NCBI GenBank assembly: GCA_043228905.1
Contig: JBHGNT010000003.1
Span: 16,802,001 to 16,866,000 of the forward strand
Direction of reading: 5' to 3'
Source of the DNA: Azolla caroliniana
Taxonomy: Eukaryota; Plantae; Polypodiophyta
Length of the DNA stretch: 64,000 nt
Within the stretch, counting starts at the first letter, position 1. Each line of letters begins with the position of its first letter. Positions 35,266 to 49,538 of this stretch are shown piece by piece. The notes beneath the pieces are model-generated. The model was given only the letters and a program-made list of their open reading frames with translations. It was not told where the DNA came from and made no database searches. Position numbers and translations under genes: made by a program.

Positions 35266-36350
35266 ATGGCAATACAAAATGAAGATTTTGCATCAATGAT
35301 GAAGGGGATAATGGTACACTTGACAAAAGAAAGGGAAGATATGAAGACTGGCAATGCGTCATTGAAAGGTTGGCTGAGACTTTCAACAAATTTGAAGGTG
35401 AGGATATCTCCAATTTTTTCAATACAAACAATAATGAGATGTTTCAAGAAGATGCAATCAATTAAGCAAACATAAGTGCCTCACTGGTGTTGGTTGTGGC
35501 ATTGCACAAATGAATCTAAATCTTCAACAAGCCCATACTTCTTGGGGTCCAATTGAACAAGCATTACTAAAAGAATTTAATGATGATGAGTTCATGGGAA
35601 CAAGTTGTTATGAGTTAAATTAGTGAGCATCATCAAGAGAGGGTGAAAATAGTGTCATGATGGCACTTTGAGAGTTTGAGTGTCAGTTTGCTTGATCATC
35701 AAAACGGGATCAAAGATTGGTGGGGGTGAACAAGTTGATGATGTTTTGTCAATGGAGATAAAAGAATGAAGCTAGGAACTCTACTAGAAGATGGTGATGG
35801 GCCAGTGGTTTGATTAAGGATCGGGAAGAAGTAAGATGAATATGTCATCAAGTTGAGAGGGTAAAACAGGGGAAATTGACTCCCACTATATGTGGAACCA
35901 AGAGCATACGACTCACTCATTGAGGCTACTAAAGCATATCGAATTACCAAGGGAAAAAAGAATAAAACCATAACATAAAAACGATAACAACTAAAGAACA
36001 TGTTTGTCAATGGCTCACACAAATGAAATGAGTTGCTGAAGCAAGAACACCTCAATGCTCGATATTGAAGATTACATTAAGAATGCATACGAGAGCTTAA
36101 AGAGGAAACTGGATATTGAAGAGAAGGAAATATCAAAGCTAGAGCTAAAGTCGAAAAAAAAAAGATGGTGCACACCTCCTTGACAAAAACGGCCAATGAC
36201 AAGGTTCGCAAGAATTGGGAAATGAAGGAGGCCCATGTACAACATGAAGAGAAGACCAAGGGAGATGTTATGGTACAAACCACCTTGCCGTCATATGAAT
36301 ACAAATTGGCCAAGGAGAAGGGCAAAAGAAAAGAAAGAGGATGAAAACAA
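35266..36350 (+). mobile_element. Possible decayed Ty3 gag remnant
   Basis: A KFEGEDISNFF-like segment near 35387 resembles a gag N-terminus; many stops. Confidence 0.35.
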
Positions 36351-36573
36351 GGTCACTAGGAACGGTTTGAACAATTTAGGAAAGAACAAGAGGAAGTTTG
36401 GAGGCGGTCGGTCCGGACGATGCAACACCGAGCAAACCCCGAAGCTTCACTTTGTCCCAAATACACTACTAAATGTGGGTATATGTCAATGTCAATGAGG
36501 AGTTTGAGGGTGGTTTGGACAATGCGATGACGAGCATCTCCAAAGCTTCGCACTCTAGGTGAAGAAGGGAATT

Positions 36574-36920
36574 GAGAAGGTTGGGCACGTGCATATTCAG
36601 TAGACATGTAAGGAGATCACTAACCAACCAAGATCCCCGCATCCGGCCCATAATACTAATACTAATACTAATACTAATACTAATACTAATACTAATACTA
36701 AATGGTAATGTTAATGCTAATGCCAATGCTAATAAAGCAATACTAATAAAGAATTGGATCGAGAAGGTTGGGCACATGCATATTCAGTAGATATGTAAGG
36801 AGATCACTAACCAACCAAGATCCCCACGTCCGGCCCATAATACCAATACTAATACTAATACTAATACTAATACTAATACTAATACTAATACTAATACTAA
36901 TACTAAATGGTAATGCTAAT
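36574..36920. repeat. Two-copy ~187-bp tandem duplication, each copy ending in (ATACTA)n, upstream of the DUF1664 gene
   Basis: GAGAAGGTTGGGCAC...CCGGCCCATAATAC starts at 36574 and 36761. Confidence 0.9.
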
Positions 36921-37305
36921 TAAGCAATAATAATTAATAATCAATAATAAGTATTTGTTTCTTTGTACATATTTGCTTTTTCTCTGGGGCAAAGGGTTTC
37001 TTCTCTGTCTCTGTTTCTGTCTCGCAACATAACAAACAACAGTGTCGATTTTCCATCGCTATCGCTTCTCCCTAATGTCCAGGTTTGATCAAACAACCAT
37101 GTCTGTTCCCCCCCCCCCCCCCCCCCCCCCCCATCTTTTCCCTTCTTTCCATTCTCTGCTTTCCTTGACCCTAAATTCAGTTGTTCTTTTGTCTTGATAT
37201 CATCCTTTCCTTCTTCTTCTTCTTCTTCTTCTTCTAGGTCTCTGTCTTCGTTATGCAGAATTCTATCTTAACGGAGCACTCCTTCTTTCCTTCCTTCGTT
37301 TGGAG

Positions 37306-40300
37306 ATGGCACTGAATGCTGCTCTCGGAGCTTCAAAGATTCTTATCATCCTCGGTGCTAGTGAGTTTTAACACTCTTTTAGACCGAAGTTTTGTTCTTA
37401 ACCCCTTACGTCAGTTCTTTCTTTCGTTGCATTTTTAAACTATCAGTATATTTTCCATGATTCTTTTACCCTAATTTTAGTTTACTTTTTTGTTGCGTTT
37501 TTTAACTGTTACGATGTTTTCCTGATTTTCTTTTATCTTTTCTCATACATTAGTGTTTAGCCTTCAGTTGGCATTAGACCTTAGATTTTTCTTGGCCTTA
37601 GGTCTTGGGTTTTGTTTAGCATTAGGTTTTAACTACTGCAGGATGTCAGGGTTTAAGTTTCATCAGACATTAAGGATCAAGTTTTGTTTAATGTTTGTTT
37701 CATTCAAGATTTAAGTTTGATGTAATTGAAGGTTTTGTCACACATTAGCTGTGATCAAGGTTTTATTTTTTGTATGACATTAGGGTTTAAGTTTCGACAG
37801 ACATTAGGGTTAAACCTTTGTTTGATCCAAGCTTTTTTTAGACATTGTTGTTTTGCTTTGGTCATTAGGTTCTAACTTTTTTTGTTAAAATGTCAAATGT
37901 CTCAGGTGTGGCAGGATCCATTCTTGTGCAGAATGGAAGTATTTCTGATTTTGTAAATGACACATACAAGGTTTGTATTTTTCCAGAAACATATAACTTA
38001 AACCACTGAAAATCCAACAACCTAGATGGACATAATCTTTTAACCATAATTTGTGGCTATAATCTCCAGGTTCTAGTGAAACATCTAAAAAATGACACTC
38101 AATCTAGCAAGCAGAGCTCCACTGATCCTAGTCTTATAGCACAGGTATACATGGGCTTATACAGTTCAAAATGATGGATTTGATAGATTTCTTTGTGCTC
38201 TTACTGTTATGTGCTTTTTTGAAATTTGGTATACAGCTGAACAAACTGAGACAAGAGTTAAGTCATTTGGCTTCTGAAAAAGCTTCAATAACAGTTGTAT
38301 CAGGAAATTCAAGATCTAGTGGTGAGCTAATAGCTTGGAACATCTCTTTTATGTTGTTGAAAATCAAGGTTTTTAGGTTTTTATTCAGACTTTACAACAG
38401 TGAACATAATGATTTGAATTTTGGAAATAATATTCCTAGACTCAGATTCTTTGAGATCCATTTAAAAGTTGCTTACGTCTTGAAATTCCCTCCCATTGAA
38501 TGATTTGAATTTTGGAAATAATATTCCTAGACTCAGATTCTTTGAGATCCATTTAAAAGTTGCTTATGTCTTGAAATTCCCTCCCATTGATGATAATATA
38601 CAAAAACAGTTTTTTAATTAGCTATATCAAATTAGTTGAGTGATCTACTTGAATACTAGCATTCCTTTATCATCAATGCTTTCTGAAGGATTTCGTATTC
38701 TTCTGTCTTGGTTGAAATTATTTATAGTGTGAACCAGAGTAGAAACCACTATTCCAGTGAACACTTCAATGGAGCTCTATATAGGACAAACTTTTTTAAT
38801 CACCGCAGCATGGCCACATATGCAGAAAATGCAAAAGTAGAAAATCCACATTAGTAACATTAACTATAGACGATGAAACTTTACATTTCAGAACTGAAGT
38901 CAAAACCAGCTTATCTTACCAGTCGATGGGACATTCTCAAATCAAAGCTGAAAACCTGAACATAAAAATAGGAGAAAACCCTGATTGTTGTTGTTCCTGA
39001 GAAATATTTTATGGATTTGTTTGGATAAGTGGTGTGGATGTATAACCTTTGTTCCTCCACATAATTCATCAATAGTCTATGCTGTTTAGATCAATTGTCT
39101 TTATGAAGAGCTTTATGAAGAGCTTGGAATACCAGTGACACACTTTGATTGTTTAATTAACTTCAGCACATATCGAGAAACTGTTAAAAGTTACCTCGTT
39201 GAAACTGTTTTGTATGATTAGATTAGTAAGAAAATTTGATGCAATTTTTGTGGTATGGAGTCTATTAAGGGATATTGACAGTGAGGGTTGTCTACTCTGA
39301 CAAAGATTTTATGGTTTTTTTTCTTCGACCAAAGGGGTGTTCTTTTCAGTGGGCGTACCAGCTGTACTTATTGGTGTCACTGGTTATGGCTATATGCGAT
39401 GGCAGGTATTATTGATATTATAAAGTTAAACGTGTTTAAATTCTTGTTGAAATGATTTGAGTAAATGGTAGTTGTTTTATTTATTTATGTTGATGCTTCC
39501 AAGGATTCTAATTTCCAACCCAATGGGAAAATTTGGTCAGGGTTTCTCTCTATCAGATTTAATGTATGTGACAAAACGGGGCATGTCGGATGCTATTACG
39601 AATGTTTCACAGCATCTTGAACATGTTACAACCGCACTATCAGTAAGTATCAGGAGGTGAAAGCAGCCTATGTATTTAGGCTTATAGTTTTTTAAAGTTT
39701 TTTCTTTGGATACATGAAATGTCTCTTTTCAGGCAACAAAAAGACATTTGAACACCAGAATAGACAAGCTCTCCAGTAGCTTAGATGAGAATCTGGAAGC
39801 TCAAGGAGAATTGAAAAATGAGGTGCCTTTTCGAATCTGAATAGAAATGCTCCGTTTCTAGTATGTTGATTGTTGTTTCTATGATGTAGTAATTAATAGC
39901 TTGATCTTCTCTTTTATATCAAGGTTGGCAATTTATCTGGAGATGTAGCAAGATACAGTATCGAGATTGAGAGTGTTCAAAGGATTGTTCAAGCTTTGGT
40001 ACACAATTATCCTAAGTATCTTTTCAATTGAGAATCTATTTGAGCATTGTTTTCACCTTTAATGTATTATACAGGGTATGAAGATTGAGAGCATTGAGAG
40101 CAAACAGGTAGGTTTGTATGATTGCTATATTTTAAAACATGTCTTATACTGCATGATAATGATGTTGACTTGAATCATTGTCAGGATATTGCCAATACTG
40201 GTGTTGTGTATTTATGCAATTTTGTAGAGGGGATGCAGACACCTCAACGACCTCAACCTATACAGGTTCTGTATGTATATGTCGTCAGCTGTGATTCTCA

Positions 40301-40924
40301 AGTAAAAAATTTGAACAATGTCTTTCTCCTCACAGGCTAGCATTCCTAGACCTCGGCTAGAGCATACTCCAGCTTTTGGTTCGGGTTTGAAGGTAAATCT
40401 CACTGAACTCCAGGAAAATGGAAAAATGAGAAAATTTGGAATAGGAAAATGAGAAAAAGGGAAAACAACAAAACAAAAAAATGAAGATGATGAGAAATAT
40501 GGAAAAAATGAATGAGACATGAAAATGAAAAATATAAGAGCAAAATGAAGATGCAAAGAACAGAAAATGAAAACATGATAAGATAATAAAAAAATGCAAA
40601 AAGATATTGCAATCATTGCTGGCACTTGATTCTCTACCATTACACATACTGAATTTGAAAAGCAGGCTATTCCGGTTTGTAAAATAAAGGGTATGCATGT
40701 ATGAATTTTGTTTTTTCATTGGATACATGTTGTAATTTTAGGATCTGCAATCCATATCTTATGTGCTTCAACCTCCCGAAATGAACACCGACACAGTCAT
40801 TCAAGGGCACGATGAGCGTCGTGGAACTCCAAGTCCACGTTTGCAAAGGAACTTAAGCTCCCCTTTCTCAGTAGGTCTTACAAGGTGTGTGCACGGTCCC
40901 TTAATTTGTGGCCTTTTTGTTTAG
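37306..40924 (+). CDS. DUF1664-family protein. Coding exons: 37306-37360, 37906-37970, 38070-38144, 38237-38321, 39335-39405, 39541-39642, 39733-39822, 39924-39998, 40075-40107, 40185-40265, 40336-40392, 40742-40924 (last exon end uncertain)
   Basis: GT-AG introns keep the frame open; KILIILGA.VAGSILV, GYGYMRWQG, FSLSDLMYVTKRGMSDA and TKRHL..RID are typical of plant DUF1664; probable 5'UTR intron at 37083-37237. Confidence 0.9.
38409..38590. repeat. 91-bp tandem duplication in intron 4 of the DUF1664 gene
   Basis: Copies start at 38409 and 38500; one mismatch seen. Confidence 0.92.
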
Positions 40925-43349
40925 TGTAAGGCACCAACATATTACCCTGAACTTGTTGGATACTTTTATGATTTACCCTTACAAGTTTTCAGAAGTTAAC
41001 TGGATAATTACCCAAAAGTGGGATATGTTTGTATTGGAGGGTGTCCTTGGTTATTTTTGAAAATTCTGTAATAGGTTTTTCTGGCACATACCCAGGAATG
41101 GGAGGGGTACTTTGGCGTTTTGATTTCTTATATCTTTTATTTGGATTGATTCAAAATAACAAAACCTCTTTGATCTGTGCAGGGCTTCTTTGAAAAAATG
41201 ATGATAAATTAACCGCCGGTTTTGTAGCAATAGGATGAATGGTGGGAGATGAAGCTCTACTTTATATATCGAGTGTCGATGTAATGTGAGGTGTAAACTA
41301 CATATCCTTACATTGGGATAAATTCTCCATCTGGTAATTCGGTTGCAACATGTGAATAGTACACTCTGAAAAATTCCAGAACAGAAATAGCCCAATGAAT
41401 GAACAATAACATCTCTTGGAGTTGATTCATATGCAGAGGATATTTTTTCTGAAGTTTTTGTATTAAGATTACAATGATTACAAACAACTCCTAGAGGAAG
41501 TGAGATAAATGTTTTAACACAGATTATATATAAGATAATTTATATAAGTCCTTCCCGTTAAGATAATTTGGATTCAAGAGAATTTAACTTTTGTCTCACA
41601 CAATCAGATTCCTTTCCAAAAAAGGCTAGTGAATTCTATTTAGAGGTATACGACTTCAGTTTTCTATGTTGATTTTAAAACTTCAATAAAATCTTAATTG
41701 TAACTTGCCTGACTTGTTCTTTTGTTTGAAATATGAAGCTTAGGTTGTTGATTATAATCCTGGCTCCAATGTGAAAAATGCAAATTATGAGGCTTTGCAT
41801 ATCTTTACTATCATTTACTTGCGGTAACTCTAGTATTATTCATACAACATTGTTCATAAGTGATAAATGTTTTTGCATATATGTACCCTTTTAAATTGTT
41901 CCAGTCTCCTCTTGGTACTTATAAATGATTGTCTTCACTGTTAACAAATGGCGATGCCTGCAAATAATCAAAGGTCTTTCCAACATGTGAATCCAACTAG
42001 TTAGATTCAACGTCCAATGTGTAAAGCACTACACTATGAAATCATTGTTTTCAGTCATCAATCTTGTTGAGTTCAATATCTCAAACAATAATTTCAGTAA
42101 TAAGAAGCCCAATGTTGCCATTTATGGTCAGCGCTAATAAATAATAAAGTTGGACCCATGTTTAAGGTTACGAAGTCTCATGTTCTAACATTGCACTACT
42201 AAACTATAAGTTTGGCCAAAATGATTTGTTGGGATCATGCGTAGTAAAATGCAATTAAATAATTTTGTATCCTGAACATCTTTCCAAAAAGGCCTCCAAA
42301 ATGTAATGCTCAAATAAAATGGTTCAAAATATAAGCCAACATTCACTTATTTATTTTGAAAATCTAGTGCGATATATGCTATGATTGAAAAGATCCTTGC
42401 TACATTTTTTTGTCTATTTTGAATTTCCTTCATTCTCTATGAAAATTTCAAACATTTGGCTTTCAGTTGGAGAGATAATGAAGTGGGCACTATTTAATAT
42501 TGTATGATTTCATATTTTGATATACAAAAATCCACGAAAGTAAAATTTCCTTTTTGCTAACAATTTAGAAAGAAAATTCACAAGGGCAAGCATGAAATAA
42601 TGAAAGAAGACAATTTCATTAAGTACACATCTAAAATAATTAAAGATAGTTTCTCTAACACTGACAAACGCAAGTCGTCAGATTCTAAGTCCAATGTAAG
42701 ACGTTCAAACTCAAGTCATTAGGTTCCCAGTCCAACTGCGATAATTTTGCTTTCTTCAAATTGTGGAAAGTAGATATGACCATGTCCTCTTTTACACATG
42801 GAAAATATTTCTTGTCATGTAGATGTGAACATTAATGTGGCCTCAGAAACCACTTTGGTGAATACTAAATGCTAGGTCTCACCCATCCGCTTTATGCGAT
42901 GATGATATGGATGGATTGTTCTTGTGGAGAGGCAAGTTGAAAAGACAAAATCACACCATTTTGGTGAATCAGGCTGTTTAAAAGTGCTGGATTGGGGATT
43001 CATAGAGGCCACATGTACATTTACAAACATTCCAAGTTGATTAAACAAACATTTGTAAAAGGGGCTGAAACAAGGTTTATTGTCTCTGTTTCTAGCCCAT
43101 GATGTGCATGCATCACCTAGTCAAAGTTCCCACTGGAGATTGGGCTTTGGTGTTGCAAAATGCTCATGATCTTGATACATCACCAATAAATGTACCTTGC
43201 ATACATGGTAAAAATTATTTGTATACATGTACAGTAAAGTTAACTTGAACGTTTCGATGCTATTGAAGTTCAACAATTTCCAACTTCCAAGAGCCCATTA
43301 TATCCATAATTTTAGTACAGAAGTCATGCATAGTGGTTTGTAAAAGAGT

Positions 43350-46300
43350 CTACAAAAGACTACTTTCGAGAGAGTTTACTTCATTGCCAACATCCGTTTG
43401 CACATTGGATTCAACATCTGTCGAGGTGGGGTTCTCGGTAAGATACTTCTCCCAGAACCCATCATTTGTTTGGGATGATTGCACTGCAGATTTTTTGCCC
43501 ATTCCCTTGTGCACTTGTTGTAAAGGTAAAGATACAACATGATCATTCAATTTGTACAATGGGACTTGATCTTGATTATCCATTGAATGATGTGGGCTGC
43601 TATAATCTTCACATACATCATTCAACGGATGCTCACTAGGAGTACTTATCTCTGTCAAAGTGACACCCAAGTTGTGACTTTTCGGGCTATTCCTTTTGGA
43701 AGAAGAGATACCAAGCCAATCAAGAATCCTAATGTATGACATGTTAGAACTAATGGCATTATCAATGTGATTCAATTGGTTTCCGGATGCATCTCTTTCT
43801 TTAAAACATCGATCCTGATTTAATTCAACCATGATTTCTCGCTCGTTGGATTCCAAGAACTTGCATCTCTTGTTAACCGGCATTAGTGTCAACATTTCAG
43901 CTTCTTGTTGCTGAAAAAGCTGATTCAAGAGCTCTGGGTTTGAAACCACTCGTGTCAGAAAGGTAAGTATCTGTTGTTGACGATTCTCTAACATGACAAG
44001 TTGTTTTCCAAACTCTTCTAAATCTTTCTCCATTGACCTTCGTTGTTGATTCAAGTTGGTTAACTCCATCACAAGTGTGGTCTTCTCTTGTTGCAACCTT
44101 GCTATTGTTTCTAAAAGCTCTGCATGTGCAGTTTTATTGCACATGCGTGTTTTATCTTGACATTCAGCCTCAGGATGATCCATGTTCAATGAAGATGATA
44201 ATGATGTTGATGGTTTCCGCCTACGTATGTTCTTTAACCCATCCTTATTGCCTTTGAAGAATCCATCAGTTGCAAACTCCCATTGATCAGCACAGATTTT
44301 ATGAAATCCCTGCATATGTATTGCAATACATAAGATTTATCAATCAATCATTCGACCTATTTTACTGTTCATATAAAAACAAGAATCAATTATCCATGGT
44401 TGAGAAATTACTTTTATAGCCCTACGAGCGCACAGTCTATATTATGCCATAGATTGAACTGAAGATTCACATTGAAATTTAAGGTATTATGCCATAAATT
44501 GAATTGCAGATTCAATGAATTTCCATTCGGTTTTCCTTCCAAGGTTGAAGCCATCACGTCCAGCTTATCCATATTCCTCTGACTACCTTTAATTATCTTT
44601 GACTTCTCCACATTTTCAGCTTGAGCTTTTGGATTCTTACCTACCCCTGGCTTAGTGAACCACAATCTGAACACCCTTGTTATCAACAGATAAAGGCCAT
44701 TATCTCCCACTGTTGTAGGTGCTTCTGTCACTTTGGAGACCTCTCCATTCTGGATCAAACTATGCTAGAGATCTTTTGAAGACAAAATTACAATATATCT
44801 GACTTGAGAATCTTACATATATAGATGACAAGATTCTTTAGCCATGTCTTAGTTTATTTCTATTTACTTTTTTGCTAAATTATATTGTTTGTATTTATAG
44901 GCCATTTTGGCCTCTTAAAAGACATTATATATCTTTCTTTCTTTCGTAGCTTAATTCATTAATACTAGTTTGACATGACATGGCGATATTTCCATGTATA
45001 GAGATACTTTCAACAGCCATTTTGAGATTTCGTTTAGTCTCATAGGTCATTTTGGTCTCCTGAGAGATGTTGTCATGATGTGGCATTGGCAAAGGTAGAA
45101 AAAGAGACAAGGTCAGGTTTCACAATACCTTGGGAATCTGGTCAGAGCAAAAACTGGATGAAGAAGGGAAGATTGCAAGAAAGAACAACAAAGGTTGGCT
45201 CAAATGGTAATAGCTAACCACTGCTAAAGAAAGAAAGATATATTAACGTCTTTTAAGGGGCCAAAATACAATGTGCTATGTGTACTTTTGGTCAATGCTA
45301 GACGCCCATGCAAAAAGGAGAACTTGAGGTGTTTATTGAAAGAGAAAAAGGAAAACCCATTTTGGCTGACGACAGAGCTTAGGTAAGGGCTATAAAGTAA
45401 AGAAGATGGTTTATGGTTTTGGCCCCAGCATTCTTCAAGAAGAACTTCAATGGGGAACTGAATCATGAGAGCATGTGGGAGGCTTATGATGACCACAGCC
45501 CTGAAGCCATAAGTTGTAAATACTGATGCTGAGTGCAAACAACAAAGACTGATGGTGAGTGCTTGTGCTGACTCTGAAACCATAAACACCTAAACCTGAA
45601 CCTGCAACCCTAAAGAAACCCTAAATCGGTCATTGGCCATGAAATTAAATAAATGCTGGGTTCATTTTTCAGAGCTCTCCCCAGGGACATAACTGGATTT
45701 AGATTTGTGAGACTGAATGTCGTATGATCTAATTAGCTAAGTATTGAAATTCTGAGCTTACATAGAGTAAAACTACCTTTGAAAGTTCTGCAACATGGGC
45801 TGATCCAAGGTCTTCCAAAAACAACTTGATGTCAAGTGATAATGGCCTTGATTTTTCAATAAGGAGGGTGATGGGACCATGATCTACATGGATCTGGCCT
45901 ACATGTGTTCCAAAAACAACTTGATGTCAAGTGATAATGGCCTTGATTTTTCAATAAGGAGGGTGATGGGACCATGATCTACATGGATCTGGCCTACATG
46001 TGTCAATATGCATGGATACTGCTATTGCCTGATCTATTGTAACCCATTCAAATGTTGTGCTTGAGATTCTACTACTTGGGTCCTTGAATGACATGTAGCA
46101 TGAGCAGTGATGGAGCTGAAGAAAATTGTGATGGTTCTGTTGATGAGCTTTCGTTGATTTGACTTGTAGCATGAAGAATGATGATATACTAAATAAAGTT
46201 GTGATGGTTCTTTTGTTGATCAGCTTTTATAGTTAATTTGTAACATAAGAAGAAAGAGAAACAAAGGAAAATCAGGGTAGAAAAGGGGGGAATTTATTTT

Positions 46301-48344
46301 TCCTCACCCCTATCACTGATTCTGTTTGGGCTTTACATTGATGAGATTTCAAGTTTCATGGATAGATTGGTGGACCCAGTGCAAGGCTTGCCAGAGTGCT
46401 CATACTCATAGTTTTATATGCCGATGATATTATCTTGATGTCAGACTCCTGGAGGGCACCCAAAAACATCTAGATGCTTCACATGATTTTTGTGGGAAAT
46501 TTTTGACTATATGAACCTTAGTACGATCAAGATAGTGATGTTTAACAAACTTGTGCATGGGTGGAATAGGCTGGCACACCAGTCTATATTTCATGTGCAG
46601 GCAGTAGAGTACAAAATGTATATGTATATAAGGGAGTCAAATTCACAAGCACCTGTTTCTCTTAAGAGATGCAGCTTTGGGGATTCTTGACAGACAATTT
46701 TCTTATGTATGTATTCCAGGAACCATGCACCAAACTATGATTCAAAGCATTGGTCACACCCAAGCTCTTGTAAGGAGCAAAGATATGGGGCCATGTATCT
46801 GTATTGTGGACGATTAAAGAAACATCAACAGGCCATCGGTTATGATGACTGGCCACATGATAGGGGCAAAACATCAAAACCACATGAGATAATTAAGCGC
46901 TGTGTTGGGAGCAGACCATTAGTCACAGATGCCCTTTTTCCAGCTGTGACTTGTATACATCAAATGTGAGAATTACCTAGGCATCACTTTCCATGGTTGT
47001 CTCTTGGCTCATTTATACAATTAGTAGAGGAGGATGAAACCAATTGTTGGTATTCATGGCATGGGCTGACAATTAGCAGAGCAAGGTGAACCAATATCGG
47101 TCCAAATACAAGGCATGGATTTGGATGCACCCTCACATTTGAACATAGCTTATCTGTCTGTTATTGGATATGACCAACTAAAAGAGGATAATTCAATAAG
47201 GACAGATAACATTAGCATGTACAAGAAACAAACTTTGATCAATCCAAATGTACCACTCGACACAGAGATAGACAATAAATATGTTCCAGATGGTTTTATT
47301 ATTGAACACAAGTAAAGGAAAACACATGTCATTATCATCTTATCATATGAAGATAGAGACTGGACTATATACACATATAGCTTTAGAGAAACACATCTGC
47401 CAGCTTTGCAGTCAAAAAGTTCAACCTGAGGAGCATTCTGCATGCCATTGCCCAAATTATTACAAGACCAGAAGAAGATATTACTAGTTACTTCCTCTAT
47501 GTGGATTAATATTTTGCATTCTCATCTGTTCTCTTTACCTAATTCACAGCAAATCTTTCTTTTCACAGAAAATTTTGCTTACTTTGGATCACGTTGCACA
47601 ATTAAGATCTTAGAAAGGGAAGCACAAACATTTAATCATACAATGGTGAATCTTATGCAAAAATCCTTTGCAGACCATTCCCAAGAAATATAGTCATTTG
47701 AAAGTTATTCCATGCCTAACATTCTGTTAGCTCATTATACCATTTTTGACCTGGCAGCACAAACAGGACCTGAATTGTTTTTTATTCAGAATCTCATCTA
47801 CACACATGAACGTGCTATAGGTACATACAAAAGTGTCATATTCATCAAATGCCTGTTTTTGATAACAGAGAAAATAATTAACAACTATAAAATGAACAAG
47901 GCTTTACAGATGCCTTTTCAAACTAGGATTCACAGGACAATCAATTGCCTACAGAGACCGAATTTAGGACGGACTTCTTACCCTAGCTATGAAGCATCTA
48001 GATATATTACATGGCTGAATTTAGGAAGGAAAAACAGGTAGCAAAAAAAGCTTATTTACTCTACCCTAGACATCAAGGATTTAAGTAAATCTTTTTTTTT
48101 TCCAATATTGAATTTTATTTCTTAAGAAAGTAAAAAGGTTACAAACACTTACATATGTGTTGAGCTGTCTAATGAAGCTTGAAAAATTGTTATGTTTGAA
48201 ATACTGAGGCAACAAGTCTGTACAAAAATGTGATACATTCCATACAATAAAGCTATGGCCTTTGGAGCTCCATGAAACAATACCATCTGTTGATGGATCA
48301 TCAACCATCTGATATGTCTTTGTCAGGAATAGTGAAGAAGCCAT
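43350..48344 (-). CDS. HSF: Class A heat-shock transcription factor, ~383 aa; exons 48153-48344 and 43350-44309
   Basis: [12 protein letters not shown]...[16 protein letters not shown]|GFHK DNA-binding domain split at the conserved plant HSF intron position (GTAAGT...GCAG); HR-A/B heptads; AHA-like NDGFWEKYL. Confidence 0.93.
45813..46002. repeat. 95-bp exact tandem duplication in the HSF intron
   Basis: TTCCAAAAACAACTTG...GGCCTACATGTG starts at 45813 and 45908. Confidence 0.92.
46320..47490 (+). mobile_element. Decayed RTE-like LINE in the HSF intron, antisense to the gene
   Basis: LFGLYIDE...[10 protein letters not shown] motif at about 46322-46440; HMKIETG...ICQLC...EEH..CHCP.Y C-terminal motif at about 47343-47487. 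Confidence 0.8.
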
Positions 48345-48689
48345 GTCCAACACCCGTTCGCACTAATGGGAAAAAGAAATCATACGATCCTTGCAATTAA
48401 TTAATCCATGATTTGATACAGGATTTTTCTATGAGTAAAGTAAGTTATCGATCTCTGGACCTTGGATCAGATCGAATGACTTGAATCGATCAGTCCACAG
48501 GCTCCTGTGCAAAAGATTTAGGGTAAGAGGCGGCATACAGATCTTTCGTTTGGAGCGCTCTTTTTGGCGTGTGCGTGAGATCAAGATGTCTGCGGGACCA
48601 CAATGGGATCGATGGACTTAGTTAGAGACAATCGTGGGTCTTGCTTGTACTGCCTGCCCCCCAACTTCTTTGGGCTCATGTTCTCACTA

Positions 48690-48842
48690 CATACACATAA
48701 TACATACATACATACATACATACATACATAATAAGGCCTTTCATGATGTACCCTACCTATATAACTTATAAAGTGTATACATACATATACATACATACAT
48801 AACATACATTACATACATACATACATTACATACATACATATG
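48690..48842. repeat. (ATAC)n microsatellite upstream of HSF
   Basis: Repeated ATAC/CATA runs. Confidence 0.9.
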
Positions 48843-49538
48843 TGAGCAGAGCAACTCCCATCTCATCTCGTCTCATCTGGCATCTACGTGTCTGTGCTCT
48901 GCCCCTCTCCTTTTGAGTATTTTGATTTGATGTGTGGATTGAACCCACCCCCTAGAGGCTAGACCCATGGTCCATGAGTCACGACCATACATGCCTTCAT
49001 CCAACGAGCGACCCATTCTCTTTTCTTTCCGTATATAAGCATACTACTACTACTCTTTGGGAGCTCCCGCAAGTGGTTGGTTCTTGCACTCTTCCGAATC
49101 GCCCATAAAAAACATAGAAATTATTGGAGGATGGTTTTTGTTTTTCGCTCACTCAACAAAAACAAAAGAAGAAGAAGATTTTATCCATTGTGGAAGGATC
49201 GCGCATAAATGGAAGGATAAGGAATATTCCGTTTGATTTTAGTACTTTTTCAGTGATATTACAAAACACATTGATACCAGTATCATACATTCTCAAATAT
49301 ACTATGAAAAAGGTTGAAAATCCACCATTTTCGTGATTTTAAAATAAATAAAAAAAGAGGAATTTCAAAATGTTTAGGGTTTAATTTATTTCACAAACCT
49401 TACAACCAATGTTTTTTATAAGAAGCGATATTCATAGGAATCAAATGAATTCAAAACACATGCTTTTATATTACTCGATTTGTTACAAGTAGAAGGCAGT
49501 TACACTTAATAGCCAAAAATACATTCATGATCGCTCCT

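Noticed and set aside
40212-40728. Phe-rich minus-strand ORFs
   Set aside because: They are the antisense of a low-complexity A-rich intron of the DUF1664 gene.
49040-49500. Left terminal inverted repeat of the Sola-like transposon
   Set aside because: No partner end is visible in the window (the right side is cut by element F), so no TIR or TSD can be supported.
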